The notes: generated by a model not told the origin, from the letters alone. A stretch of 63,860 nucleotides of DNA, filler included, from Lenisia limosa (GCA_001655205.1; 14 parts of 14 records of this genome joined end to end with filler, not necessarily neighbours in it); one strand, 5' to 3'. Positions 22,001 to 36,070 are shown, counted from the first letter of the whole stretch. A program made the numbers and translations.

Positions 22001-22196
22001 NNNNNNNNNNNNNNNNACAGAGTTGATTTGGGTTTTTTTTTGTTTCATAATTTTCCTTCATTCACCCCTCCCCCCCAGTGCGAAGAAGGCACGGTCTATG
22101 AGTACTTAGAAGGAGCCGAGTCCTTCACTACACAAACCGTCGATTTGGTGGTTCCTTTGGCTACTTTGGGCGAAAAATTCGGAACCGCCGATCAGG
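19070..22196 (+). CDS. Cysteine-rich extracellular/surface protein fragment (Myxococcus Cys-rich/DUF4215-like repeat plus EGF-like segment)
   Basis: Exons include GDGCTQFCEKEVGWWCANEQGGEC, GCGDSSSCVNKDEGRGYQCK, CEEGTVYEYLEG..., DDFGCFSGKAYAGAIPSTDCTPYHSDLGI; the gene is broken by gaps. Confidence 0.6.
21669..21748. mobile_element. hAT-type MITE, TSD matches 7/8
   Basis: gttatggg / gttatggt flanks. Confidence 0.85.
21908..22078 (+). repeat. Intron 3'-end module family A, from GT to AG (centre in a gap)
   Basis: gtgatggatgcg...ctgggctttgtttgt[N]acagagttgatttggg...ttcacccctccccccag, then exon CEEGTVYEY. Confidence 0.8.
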
Positions 22197-23100
22197 TATG
22201 AAGTGGCACGATTTCCGCGGTTCCCTGATATTATACCTAGGGCTTCACTTCTGTTCGAAAGCGCTAATTGCACCTCAACACCACTTGTCTATCCTAGTAT
22301 TACCCCATCCACATGCATCAATATTTCACTTGGGCGAGGAATACGGGACCTATGAAGCAGCATGAATGACTTCAATACACTTCGGTTCGAAAAAATATTT
22401 TATTTCTCGATAAATCTTAACGGGGTTTTTTTTAGGAACGGTTTTAAGCCCTAAAGCGGGAATTGACGTTATTGATATATTATATTATTATTATAATCCA
22501 GAATCTTTTGTAAGTTCGGCATTTTTTAAATATCATACAGAGTGTATTAAGTACATATATGAATAATGGGTGAACTGAACTGAACTGAAATAACCATAAT
22601 CAATCAAAACTAATCACTTCCAGTCTGCGGCCTATCCGATCCAACCCGCGCTCAACGCCAATGTAAGCTTTTGCGTGAATTGCCTAAATTACGTGATATT
22701 TTTGCGTATTATTTTGGGGTTGACATATGGATATTTTAACGGTCTTTTTCAGACCGTGGGTAGTCTAGTTAGTGGGTTGTCTAGTTAGTGGGTTTTATAA
22801 TTGGAAGGGAGTATTTTCTCATTTGTATGAGCTTAGGCTCCCCTCCCCTCCTTCNNNNNNNNNNNNNNNNNNNNNNNNNNNNNNNNNNNNNNNNNNNNTT
22901 AATTAATTAANNNNNNNNNNNNNNNNNNNNNNNNNNNNNNNNNNNNNNNNNNNNAAAATGGGGAAATTTATGAAACAAAAAAGAGTCCATTATCAAGAGT
23001 AAAATTGAAAAATTGATGAAATAGATGAAGGAAACAATCAAAACATACTTTGTAGTGAACATATCCACACACACCATAATATCATATAATCCCTTCCTAC

Positions 23101-24102
23101 CGGTTTTGAGCGTGTTGCTCTTGCCCTTCACAAGGCGAACTTTGTTGAGCAGAACTCCATTTGCGCTGTTATCCGATACCGAGTAGCGAGTACGGGTCTG
23201 TGGGGTGAAAAAAGGGGAAGACAATAGACATATGAAATCAAATATTCAAAAAAAAAAGGTGGAAAATGACCAAATCAAGTGCATTAGAATGCACCCCCCA
23301 CCTTTGTAATAAGCGCGTGTTTTCTTGACGCTCCGCCGGTTTCTTTGGGCGTAAAATACGCCATAAGGGGTCTAGGGGGAGGGCGTAAAATTGGAAAAAA
23401 ATTATGAAACAAAAAAGCCCACATTTTATTGTCCAAAACTGTTGTATTTGGGAATACCATTGATTTCTTCAGATTCTATTGCTATTACAAGGGATTGCCA
23501 TCTAGCAACATTTACACACCGCACACACAGATCACATACACACAATTTGCACGCAATTGATACCATAATATAATATTTTGATTGGTAAAACAGCTGAGTT
23601 TGGGCTTCACAATAATTATGATCAGCATTATACAATACAAAAAGAAAACCTCATTAGACCCTTCATCATCATAAAACTTTTTAGTCATCTTTTAAACACC
23701 ATAATATATGCATACAGTGACCTAGATATCTTGATCGATTTGCTCAAATTTCCCAAGGAGAATATTTCAAGACTTATCCCGGTCAGTGTTACGCATGGAG
23801 AGATGAAGTAGATTTATGAAACAAAAAAGCCCAAAATCAACTCTGTTGGATTAGCAACAAACGAGGGTTGAAAACAAAAAAACAAACAAAAAAAAAACAA
23901 AGACGCTGGTAACAGAAGGAAGAGCCCAAGATAAGGGGGTAAACAGCAAGTTGAAAGTTGAGGCAAAAGATCACACTCAAAAACACTTTTCTTCTCGGCT
24001 CCCCACCCACAATGAACATTCGTTGGCTCGTCCGATTGAGAATTCACCGGAATGGTCAGCAAGGGGGATCTCTACGTTCTTTCTGCGCCTACTACTCCTC
24101 AT
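23101..24102 (-). CDS. FHA-domain protein, N-terminal exons
   Basis: Exons 24102-24011, 23371-23302, 23197-23101 splice in phase to ...FSIGRANECSLPLMAYFTPKETGGASRKHALITKTRTRYSVSDNSANGVLLNKVRLVKGKSNTLKT (FHA motifs GR, SRxH, NG). The true start is uncertain. Confidence 0.82.
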
Positions 24103-25260
24103 GATGGGTGTGTTGCCTGTCTGTCTCTATCTCATCACTACAACATTACACAATAGCAACAACATAAACTCATAAACTATTAATAACAACATATAAGCCA
24201 CAAAAAATTGGAATCTTTTTCCCGCCGCCGTAAATTTCCGTCATCTTTCTACTGTATTTAGCCATACTGCTTGTCACTTGGCTGGCATACGTTCTTCTAG
24301 GTGCATTCACAAAAACCCATGTGAACCAGAATAGAGATTGTAAGATCCACTAACAAAATATCAGATATCACAGACCAATAGAATTGCATTTGAAATTTTC
24401 GACAAAGACAAAGACAGCTGAATAGCCGCATGTTTTATTCACAACAATGCTGCCTGAGAGTTGACATCAAAATGTTACTTCTTTTATCAGAAAGAATAAC
24501 CGATTTCGTCTGTCAATAGAATTCTCCTTATCTTGCCTTCTTGCAGCGGGTGTCAAAAGCACAAATTTTGCGCAACATTTTGAGAGTGATCAAATGGCCT
24601 CGGTACTCTAAATTCTAAATGTTTCGTGTATTCGTTATGCACATTTCTTGTGTATGTGTGTATTATTCAGTTTATGTTCCAATTGTGGCGCTTGGCTTAG
24701 GTAATATATATAAACAAGTCTTCTAAGATTTTGATAAAAAAAAAAGAAACTCCTGATATTGAGAAAAATCCATAAAAGCCCCTTTTGCTTTTAGCCCGCT
24801 AAATTGTTCCTTACACTCCCTGTTGTTCAGCTATTTATTTATCTCTCCTATTTCTCCTCAAAACAACAACAATGAACATGTTTAGGGCACGACTGATCTT
24901 AATTTTTTGATTAAAAGAGTAAAAATTTAAAGTGCGCGATTAATATATTAGTATACATTATTTAATTTTATTATTTTTATCTTCCCCCTTTAACAAGGTT
25001 GTTAAAGGGCTACATTTCAGCGATTATTACAAAATTATAGCTAGGGTCACATTCACAATAAACCAACATGGTATGATGATACACACAAGAGCCCACATTA
25101 AGTGTGATAATACATGCACATTAAAATCAGAAAACATGAAACATCAAGAGGAAACAGTACTACTATACAACGAACAACAAAACTTCACAAGGAAGGAAAA
25201 GAAGAATGTAAAGCCCTGAGCAAATCCACCAACAATCACCAAAACACCACGTATACACGA

Positions 25261-26598
25261 TCACAACTCGCGGGAGGCGACGATGACGTGTTCCTTATCA
25301 ACAAGAGCGGACCAGATTGGTCCGTTATGGAGCATAGGACGTACTACCGTCGGCTCTTTATGCCCTCTCCGCGGCCGCACAAGGCCGGGTAAGCTGTCAT
25401 AGTCATCATCTTCCGAGCAGCCTGTTATGTTCGCAGTGTGGACGCCGGACATCATGCTTGTAATGGCGACTCCTGGGGGAGTAACTTAAAATAAAAAGCC
25501 CAGGCCAGGGGGGGGGGGGNNNNNNNNNNNNNNNNNNNNNNNNNNNNNNNNNNNNNNNNNNNNNNNNNNNNNNNNNNNNNNNNNNNNNNNNNNNNNNNNN
25601 NNNNNNNNNNNNCCGTAGTTATCTTCGTTCATCATTTCGACTTTGAAGTAGGAAATATGATCATAACACTAGGGAATATGGGAAAACATGTTGTATTTAT
25701 GTAATTACCCCCCCCTACCACAGCTGCCTTGAACAGCCGCATAGTCACTTAGACGTCCAATTATACTGACTTCGGTCCTATGTAGTGAAATGTAGCGTAC
25801 TGCAAAATTGCTATTTAAGAAGTAGGAGAGTATAGATTATATCTAGGGCTTAACTTCGGTAAAATCTCATGAAAATATCGGTAGTTCGAGAATTTATCAA
25901 GAATTTCAGTCTTTTTTCGAACAAAAGTGAAGCCCTAAGAAAAGAATGACACCCCCCCTTTTACTTCAGATTTCCCTTGTCGGCAAGTTTGGAGATGTAG
26001 TTCACGGACTCGTCTCTGATGATGGCAAAACAGAGCGCAGAGGACCCTCCAAGTGCCCTGTAGTTCATTAGGGATTTGCGGAGGATTTTTTTTTGTTTTT
26101 GAAACTGTGTCCCATTCCTTTAGATACCCATATACCCTTCCACCTCACATATAGAAATGTGAAAAAAAAACAAACAAAAAAACAAAACAAAAAAACAAAA
26201 CAAAAAAACAAAACAAAAAAACAAAACAAAAAACAAAACAAAAAAACAAAACAAGGTATCTGGCCGAAGCCGTCCANNNNNNNNNNNNNNNNNNNNNNNN
26301 NNNNNNNNNNNNNNNNNNNNNNNNNNNNNNNNNNNNNNNNNNNNNNNNNNNNNNNNNNNNTAATTTATCACCCCGTCCCCCTAACTGGTCAATCGGAGAG
26401 TCTCGAACGCAGACAGCGAACAATGAGGGCGGTCCGGGATCCCTTGTCATTGCCGACATCTCCACAGCTGTGTGGAACTGAAGTCGCGCAGACCCCGTCC
26501 CATTCCAGTCCATGTGCTCCGGTATGGTGATAATAGTAGGCCGGAGAGGAGTGTCGTTGTTTGATGCCGTGGCAGTAAGTGAGGGGATTTGGATTGGC
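25261..26598 (-). CDS. Hypothetical protein, 3' exons
   Basis: Exons PIQIPSLTATASNNDTPLRP...VRDSPIDQ, ALGGSSALCFAIIRDESVNYISKLADKGNL and terminal GVAITSMMSG...VASREL*; two acceptors are supplied by the intron module. Confidence 0.5.
25844..25937. mobile_element. hAT-type MITE, TSD lost
   Basis: tagggcttaacttcgg / aagtgaagcccta. Confidence 0.75.
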
Positions 26599-27919
26599 CT
26601 GCGGGGAGGGGGGGTAAATTGGAGAATTTATGAAACAAAAAAAGCCGAAAATCAACTCTGTTGGCTGAGAACACACAAGTCTGACATGAAATAACAACTT
26701 GAGTCTTTTAATACTTCATGACATTGGACAGAATCATCTTCTGTATATTTGTATATGTATACCCCCCCCCCCCACCAGGCCACTACACAACCCGGAGACG
26801 TCAGCATCATAGTCAGGCGTTNNNNNNNNNNNNNNNNNNNNNNNNNNNNNNNNNNNNNNNNNNNNTTAATTAATTAANNNNNNNNNNNNNNNNNNNNNNN
26901 NNNNNNNNNNNNNNNNNNNNNTTCCTTATTTACTCCCCCCAGACGTATGTTCTCGGTTCTGGGTACTGGCGATGACTTCCACCACCTTGCCTACAACTGC
27001 CCTGACTATCACCACGCCGCTTAGCCCTTGGGTAATATATATTTTTATTACTCATTTTATTTGTATCTGATGTCTGGTAAGAGTGTTTTGTTTGGATAGT
27101 ATGGGGAAATAAATATTGCAATACATCTGAGAAAGCTATCGGTTTATAACGATCGAGTTTGATTTAATGTAATTCAAATGAAAACAACTTGAACGGACTT
27201 TGAGTATTAATATAGATTGGCGGAAATTGGTGAACATTCAACTGTGACTTGTGCAAAAATAATACAAATGAAAGATTGTATTCAGTTTACCCTTGAATTC
27301 CCCCCCCCCCACNNNNNNNNNNNNNNNNNNNNNNNNNNNNNNNNNNNNNNNNNNNNNNNNNNNNNNNNNNNNNNNNNNNNNNNNNNNNCTGCACAACAAA
27401 TGCCCAAATGCCTGAGCCAAGCCTACTTTGATAGATGACCATCCAGTTCCAGTGTGTTCCAAGATCCCAAATGTCCAAAAAGGGAAAGCACAGGGGGAAG
27501 GCTTTCTGATACATAATAGCCATTATCCCACCAATAATGGTGTAGAATAATATTTATCACTAGAAAAGCAGCAGATACCACCCTAAAAAATACCTTTATA
27601 TCCTTAATAAGCTCAAAGATGTCTTCCTTGACCATTTTTTCCGGAATTTTAACAAACTTAAAAATAGGTGTTCATTTTCGCGTTATTACAAGACAAAAGC
27701 AGAAAGGAAAAATTAGTAGACAAAATATTCATTAGAATTAGGGGTACGCTTTACCAGGAAATCCAACCCTCTCCTCCTGCTCGTGCAGTGTTCGTTCAAA
27801 TTGGCATATTTATTTGTGAGAGTAAGAAAGAGAGTAATAGAGTCATAGTAAAATAGTATAAAGTGCCATAGTCCACACACAAGTCATTTTACCCTTCACT
27901 AAATTCTTTTCGATTGGCC

Positions 27920-30900
27920 ATGACGAAGGCCAGTGGCGCAGAAAGCTACGAGGAATGGGGCAATGATGTTATTATAGACCTACAGGCCTTCGATCCCGAG
28001 TTGGTGTTTTAGTGAATTGTTTTTATCCTTTAGATGGTTCAAATTCACACTGGAAATTGTTTCCCTTCTTGGTTTAGGCGCATTATACCTTGGATTGGGC
28101 GGCTTCTATTTCTTCTGTAAATCCAGGCCTGTCTCGATCCCCTTCTTCTACCTCTCCCTGATCACCTCATCTATCATTCTATTGAGTAAATTTGGTAGGT
28201 GCGGTCCGATATGCTGTTTTCATGTTCCCTTCCGCACATGACATTCCAAATGTTGAAGGATCAATCCTCCGCGTTTTCTTTTTTTTTTGCAGCAAAGAAG
28301 TCTCATTGAAATCAAGTAGCTATTGAAATAGGACATAAAGATCAAGTCTCTTTTATAGAACATAAAGATCCCGCACGCAAAACTGTACAAGAAAACACCC
28401 ATGCAAATGATTGACAGCTTTGGTCAAAACTAATAACAACCCCGTCATTCATGCTCTTATTATATTAACCCCACAATTGTTCATTTTATCTTGTTCACAC
28501 TAATAACCCCGCAATTTCTGCTTGTATAATACTCACAAATCCATCCATCTTGTACATATATCTAATATACTTTCCCGCAGGCCTTGCTCTGAACATTAAC
28601 CCAACAATTTAACATTACAACCCAACAATTTAACATTAACACCCAACAGGTTTTGCGGGGCCCAGACCCTACTGGATCGACAGTGATGTTGAGGCTTTTG
28701 AGTGTCGTGGGACGACCTTCGGTTTTCCGAGTGGACATACCCTCTATCCGGCTTCCGTAATGTTTTGGTGAGGGGGGTATTTAGTGCTTCAGAAGTGACT
28801 GACCTGGTTTTGTTTGTTTTGTTGTTTTTAACATTGTGAATATCCCCGCAATACCAAAAGAGTTGATTGGGGGTTTTTATTGTGTTTCATTTTCCATGTT
28901 TTCGCACCCATCTCTATATACTGTCCATTCATACTCTCCCCCCCCCCCTTTTTGTTTACAAATTTCCATTTTAACCATCTCCCAGGTTTGCATCGCATAT
29001 GTCAACACACGTTGTGTCACAGGTTGGTGCACATTCATGTGGATTTAATACCGAATCATTGAATATTTGAAGAACATTTTTAAGAGAATAGTTTATTTTA
29101 TGAGAATTCTTTTTTTTTTTTAACAGAATTTTTCATTTTTTCATTCTTCATTATTTTAATAGAATAATACAATTGTAATAGAATAATTCATTTTTTGTAG
29201 AATTATTTTTAATTAGATTAAATCATGGACTAAATATTGAAAAATTCATAGGTAAAATATGAAAACAGTTTTTGTTTTAATTACGTAAATATGGAATATT
29301 TCTTGTTTTTTTTGGACAATATTTTAAATCTTGTTGATAAATATATGAGTTTGAGATGAGGTGCTACAGAAGCGACTAGCGTTGATTTTCTTTTTGGTCA
29401 ACAGAGTTGATTTTTTATTTTGGGCTTGTTTGTTTCATAAATTTTCCCATTTTACTCCCTTGCAGACATGGATCAAAGCTGTTCTCTGGGTCGGTACCTC
29501 GATTTGGCTCGTGGCTGTTGCCTTTGCCCGAGTTTATCTGGGGACTCACTTCCCCACCGATGTGAGTCATCGTGATATATTATACACATTATGTAATAAT
29601 ATATAAATATAATATATCATATGCATATTAAATGTATTATAAATATGTATATATATTTAGTATAAGTAGTTTATTCCCCATAAGTTTACTTGGGTTATAT
29701 TACTACAGGAGAACAATAGAGTTGACTGATACATTTTGAAAATGTTATTTTATTCCCCAAACCACGATTTTTTTTATCTCCCAGATGATTGGAGGCTTGT
29801 TTCTCGGACTAATTCTGCTTGCGTGCCAGCTGACTTTCATACCGAAGCTTCTTGGTTTTGTACATGAAACTCTTTCATCCAAACCTATAAGGTAACCTGG
29901 GGGTGGGGTGATGTCTCTATGTATCATTTTACACCCCCTAGCATCTAGCATCCCTTAGTCCCAATAAACCGCCTCAGTAATGGAATGCGGCGCTGCAGAA
30001 GCGNNNNNNNNNNNNNNNNNNNNNNNNNNNNNNNNNNNNNNNNNNNNNNNNNNNNNNNNNNNNNNNNNNNNNNNNNNNNNNNNNNNNNNNNNNNNNNNNN
30101 NNNNNNNNNNNNNNNNNNNNNNNNNNNNNNNNNNNNNNNNNNNNNNNNNNNNNNNNNNNNNNNNNGTCAGAGTAGATGGCGACGTCATGACTTCTTCACC
30201 TAAAATATTGTATATTCTCCCAGAATTATCTTTCTTGGCATTTTTCACTCTCAGTATCGCCCACCAATGAAACCTGCCTTAGTCCCAATAACCCCCCAGA
30301 ATTCTCTTCAGTGTAGTATTCTGTGCTGGATTACTTTGTGTCATCATCGGCGTTCGCAACCTTGCCAAGGACACCGCGTGGGGGGGGGGTGCTATAATGT
30401 ATGTATTTTTAAATAATGCAGTATTATTAACTCTTTTCCCCAATATCAAATGGTTTTGGTGACAATTATCTTTTTTTTACTGTTTTAGTGACAATGATGA
30501 ATGGAGAGCCTTGTCCAACTTGCAAGTCTGACATTGGATGGTTTTTTACATTGATACCTTTTGATTCCATCAATATTTTTTCGAGATCATTATCATTCAT
30601 CGAGGTTTTTTCTCGAGAGTATTAAATCTTTTATCGAGGTTTTCTCGAGAATCTATTGATAATTTGTGTATTTATCAAGAACCTACCAAGAATGTGTTAT
30701 TTTGGAAGTTGTTTTTTTTTTCACAAGGGAAATTATTATTACATTAGAAATCTAGGACAATAATTATATATGTACATAGGGATACCAAACAAATTACCTT
30801 GCCTCCGCGCCTACGCTCCAATTTGAAGTGAAGTTCATTGTGTAAATCCTCATAAAACTACAGTGCTGTCAACTTGCGAGCTGACTTGCTTATATTAGCG

Positions 30901-30920
30901 GGAACCCTGGCGATCTCTGT
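27920..30920 (+). CDS. PAP2-superfamily integral membrane phosphatase (glucose-6-phosphatase-like)
   Basis: The three PAP2 motifs are in order: FAGPRPYW, GFPSGH, ARVYLGTHFPTD|MIGG; hydrophobic exons; the 3' end is uncertain. Confidence 0.85.
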
Positions 30921-32366
30921 AAAAAAAGAAGTCCATTTCATACTCTCTCATATTTGGGCATTATCAGCTATTTATTCTTTCGCCATTCTGTCTTAGGTTC
31001 TAGATAGTCTTATTTCTACCCTTTTTCTCTGGTTTTTTTTTTCTCCCAGTTTTTTTTTTGTTTACTATTGTTACCCCCTCTCCCTCCTTTCCAATTATCT
31101 TTTAGTGCGNNNNNNNNNNNNNNNNNNNNNNNNNNNNNNNNNNNNNNNNNNNNTTAATTAATTAANNNNNNNNNNNNNNNNNNNNNNNNNNNNNNNNNNN
31201 NNNNNNNNNGGGGGGTGTAAAATATGAAACGAAACAAAAACCAGAAATCCTTCGTTTTACAAGTGGGATGTGGTGTTACAAAAGCGACTGGTCTGGGCTT
31301 TGTTTGTTTTGGACGAGTGAGAGAGACCTTCTCTCCTTATTCCTTATCTCTCTGGAAAAGAGTTTTCTCACTATGCAGTATCGCGACCCTAGCATCCGCC
31401 CCAATTTGGACTCCCACCATCACCAATTCTAATTTCTGTTTCTTATTTGCTTTGATGTATTACCCAGTGTTTTGGCTTTTAAAATGCGAATGTTGGATAG
31501 CAGGTAGGGTGCATTTTCACATTTTCATTCTCCGTTGTCTGTTGGTTCTCCAAAAATAAATATGAAATAATCCAGAAATACTCTGAATTCTAGTAATCTA
31601 ATAATGAATAAGCTGTATATAATGATAAGTTTGAAGTACAGAAATATAATAAATACTGGAGTAGTTAAAATTAGTTAAAATAACTAGACTAGTAACAGAA
31701 AGCTTCAAAAAGCCCCTCTTTTTCTTCTCGTACTGTTAGTTAATTAGCATAACGCAGATATAACGTAATCCCTAAGAAGAGAAAGCTAATCGTCACTCAA
31801 TACTCTCAGCACCTGATCTTCATTATCAAGACAAAGTAAGCTCTTTTAGCGGATGCCCACTCAGTTTATTGGTTCAACAAGGGTTTTAGTGGTGTTTTGG
31901 TCCTAATAGCGATGCTGGAGTTGTTTACATATCATTTATGAGTGTGTGTCTGATCTTGTAGCTTTTTGGTTTATTTTCACTCGTCTACACCTTATGTATA
32001 ACTGATCGACCAAATCTAATTGAAGCTCTGATATACTCGGGATGAACCCTCATTTTATCTTCTTTCATCATTTCGACTCGAAAATTGAGTATTTAATCCA
32101 ATCACTCGTGGACATTGGGTAGCGTAGTACGTAGAAATGTGAAAGCAGTTGTATCTGGCCGAAGCTGTCCACACAATCTCGCTTAAAAGAGATATTGGAT
32201 CTAGTTTTAGCATCACTTCACGCTTATAAGAATATTAGATTATAGTATAGAATCAATTCACCCAATCACACTTATATGAGATATAGGATTAATTCACCCA
32301 ATCTCTTGGCTGATCATATATCCGAAAGTGAAGCTCTACAAATGCCCCTGATTTGTTTCAGACGCA

Positions 32367-34760
32367 ATGGGACCCCGAGGAGCCAAGGCCGGCGGCAAGG
32401 GAAAGAAGGATGACGTTCATGATTCTCTTAAGTCTCGGAAGCAACGCATGAGTATAACCTTCGACCCTGAAGAGAGAAAGTGGGGGCGAAGGTTACTGAA
32501 TGAGTTGCATGTCTTGGGTTTTTTTTGCCATAATTTCCATTCTCTCTCCCCCTTTAAATTGGGGGGGGGGGGGNNNNNNNNNNNNNNNNNNNNNNNNNNN
32601 NNNNNNNNNNNNNNNNNNNNNNNNNNNNNNNNNNNNNNNNNNNNNNNTTGTTGAACATTTATTAAATTAAAAGAAAACTACGTTGCATGTATGAAAACCC
32701 ATAAAATAAATCTAGAGAAAATAGAATAAATAAAATATATATTATATACTCTACATAAAAAATTGATAGAGGACAATAAATACAATCTATAGTGGAAAAT
32801 ATAAGACATAAAACTAGGGAGACGTTCAACCACGAAGGGGCACAAAAGAAAACCAGCTGCGGCTGGGGTCTCCGGGCACCTAGTGTGTCTCGGCCGAGGA
32901 GCGTGGGCGCGGAGGCATGGTAATTTGTTTATGGTATCCCTATGTATTTATTTATTTCCCTAGATTTCTATTGTATATCATTTCTCTCACGCTTCAGGAA
33001 GTACCTCATGGGGCAACACAACAAAAAGAAGAAGTACAAGGCTGAAGTGGCCAAGAAAGAGCGAACTGAGCGGCAGGAGGAGAGAATCGACCTGCTTAAG
33101 AAGGTGGNNNNNNNNNNNNNNNNNNNNNNNNNNNNNNNNNNNNNNNNNNNNNNNNNNNNNNNNNNNNNNNNNNNNNNNNNNNNNNNNNNNNNNNNNNNNN
33201 NNNNNNNNNNNNNNNNNNNNNNNNNNNNNNNNNNNNNNNNNNNNNNNNNNNNNNNNNNNNNNGTTCCCTCTTATTTCGCTACTAAATTTCCCTACCAAGT
33301 ATTCTTAATTGTTCAGAGAGCAATAATACTGATATACGCAATTTTCTTAATTTTCCTAGCAAGTGCACTATCATATAGCTAGTATAGTATACTTATTTGC
33401 CTACCAAATATGCTTAATTTACCAGAATAGCACCACAATATATTCTCCTTTTTGCCAATCAAGTGTTCTTAATTTGCCAATTCTTTTTTAAAACTGAGTT
33501 TTTAAAGCCGAGTATTCTTACAATTTGCCTAGCAAGTAGCCAATCTGAAGAAGGCCGTTGTTGAGCAAGCCGAGGAGGAGAACCGTCAGGCTGAAGCTCT
33601 CGCCAATGATAATNNNNNNNNNNNNNNNNNNNNNNNNNNNNNNNNNNNNNNNNNNNNNNNNNNNNNNNNNNNNNNNNNNNNNNNNNNNNNNNNATATTGG
33701 TGTAAAGGGGGGAGGGAGTATTACTGTTTTTCAAGGATGAGGGTGCCCCCTGCTTCAATAATAGTCTATTGTACTTAGGGTTTTATTTCGGTTCGGAATA
33801 AGACTGAATTTCTCTATCTTTCCTCGAAAACTATCGATATTTTAGAACCGAAGTGAAGCTCTAATTGTAGTTATCTTTCGGATTGTCCTTCAATAATAGT
33901 CTATTTTCTTTTCTTTCGAGATTTCCTTCTTATCGAACAGGAGACAAAACAGCCTACAAAAGCGGCCTTGGCACAACCACTGTAGTAACTATGACAAGTT
34001 NNNNNNNNNNNNNNNNNNNNNNNNNNNNNNNNNNNNNNNNNNNNNNNNNNNNNNNNNNNNNNNNNNNNNNNNNNNNNNNNNNNNNNNNNNNNNNNNNNNN
34101 NNNNNNNNNNNNNNNNNNNNNNNNNNNNNNNNNNNNNNNNNNNNNNNNNNTATACCATAATCCAATATCTCTTAGAAGCGTGATGGTGTGGGCTTCGGCC
34201 AGATATACCCCCTCGATAAACCCCAATAAATCCTTTTGAGCTGAAATGCAGTTTCTAATACCCCACAGGCTTACAGTCAGAGGAATCACTACTGGACAAG
34301 GAGGCACGAGTGTATGCGAGGCTTTTTTTAATTTTCTATGAAATTGAGTTTCCCTACAGTCCCGAAATAGACTTGAATATTCGATAAGTAAGGATTTTAC
34401 CGTGTTGTATGTGGGATTCACTTCGGTTACGCGTGTTGTCAGCCAACAGAGNNNNNNNNNNNNNNNNNNNNNNNNNNNNNNNNNNNNNNNNNNNNNNNNN
34501 NNNNNNNNNNNNNNNNNNNNNNNNNNNNNNNNNNNNNNNNNNNNNNNNNNNNNNNNNNNNNNNNNNNNNNNNNNNNNNNNNNNNNNNNNNNNNNNNNNNN
34601 NNNNNNNNNNNNNNNNNNNNNNNNNNNNNNNNNNNNNNNNNNNNNNNNNNNNNNNNNNNNNNNNNNNNNNNNNNNNNNNNNNNNNNNNNNNNNNNNACAA
34701 AGCCAAGTCCGGTCCCTCCCCGAAGGCCGTCATGAGTATGTCAAAACGCAAACAGGCCAA
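32367..34760 (+). CDS. NOL12: Nucleolar protein 12 / Rrp17 (Nop25 family)
   Basis: Spliced ITFDPEERKKYLMGQHNKKKKYKAEVAKKERTERQEERIDLLKK resembles the Nop25 motif FDxxxRxxYLTGFHKRK; later TTTVVTMT segment and basic C-terminus; several gaps. Confidence 0.68.
33776..33863. mobile_element. hAT-type MITE, TSD matches 7/8
   Basis: attgtact / attgtagt flanks. Confidence 0.8.
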
Positions 34761-34989
34761 GTATGGGTGGTGCAAAATGGGATTGTATAATTGTGTATAA
34801 AGTATGCACGGGTGCAAGAGTGGATTGTAGACTCCTTGTTAAAGTATGCAGAAAGCTGTGTGCACTGAGTTNNNNNNNNNNNNNNNNNNNNNNNNNNNNN
34901 NNNNNNNNNNNNNNNTTAATTAATTAANNNNNNNNNNNNNNNNNNNNNNNNNNNNNNNNNNNNNNNNNNNNAATTCCATAATACTTATC

Positions 34990-36070
34990 CCTCCCAATTC
35001 CATAATACACGCAGAACTACCGGTCTACTGTTCACATCTGTTGCTGCCATCATGAAAATGCCGGTGTCGGTGAAGGATCGGTTTGTGGGCTATGTTACAT
35101 ACTATAATCCATTTTTGCAGTACAACCATCTGAGCTATTGTTAGGTCCTCTGCGCGTTTCATATTGTTTATTGGCCTTTAGATTCGCCTTGTTCGTAGAT
35201 TCCCTATCACCCACACCGAGACCCGAGAAATGTCTGCGTCAATCAAAGCCACTTCAATCTCCCTTACAGAAAAGGTTGGATAATTCGCATCGTGAAATTC
35301 TCCCCAATACTCCCTTTGTTTTTGAGACAATAGTCCTTTTTTACCAACACAGGGTCATTCAAAGGATGTGTTATAAGGCACATTGCTCATAGCTTCAAGT
35401 TACTCATTTACATTGATTGCTCTGACTTTCTTAACAATGTTATCGATATGCAATCTGTTTTCTCATTTCCAAAAAGGATCATGAAATTACATTCCATAAG
35501 ATTGAAGTTATTTCTTTACCATATGCTTGAGCTGGTGAAGGGATTTAACTTTTCGGACGGCTGGTGTGCTGGAGGTTTGGACGGATTTCCCTGTTGGCTT
35601 CTTGAATTCTACAATTTTGTTGAGGTAAGGGGTCTTGAATTTGACAAATTCTTTGCGAGGAGCACTTTGGGTGGTTTTTATTGGCTTCTTTTGGAGGGCG
35701 GGACTTGTAAATGCGGCTATTTTCTTCAACACGGGGGATTTCTTGGAAGCATTCTCCTGTAACTATTATTTAATACTTTCAGAAGTTCCATTTAAACTTT
35801 AACCCCTACCTTGGAATTCAAAGGTGTTGTTGGTGTTTCTGAGTCCTTTTTCTGGATAGTTTCACCCATCTGAATGGTTTGAGTGACAAAAAGGAGTATT
35901 ATGAGTCCAATAATGGTTATCTCATTTCCCACCTTCGTATTTGATTTTGAAATAGTATTTCCAGGCTTGACAGGCTTCGGAGTGGGCTTCTGTGTAGGGG
36001 TAGGGTTTTTAGACGTCTTGGCATGGGGGACTGGCTTATTCAATGATTTTGGCATTCTAGAAGTATAAAT
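34990..36070 (-). CDS. Hypothetical K/P/T-rich low-complexity protein, multi-exon
   Basis: GT-AG exons MPKSLNKPVPHAK...NTK, MGETIQKKDSETPTTPLNSK, ENASKKSPVLKK...LKHM are in phase. Confidence 0.5.

Noticed and set aside
32820-32915. GC-rich intronic patch in NOL12 as a hosted snoRNA
   Set aside because: No C/D boxes or H/ACA layout recognisable.
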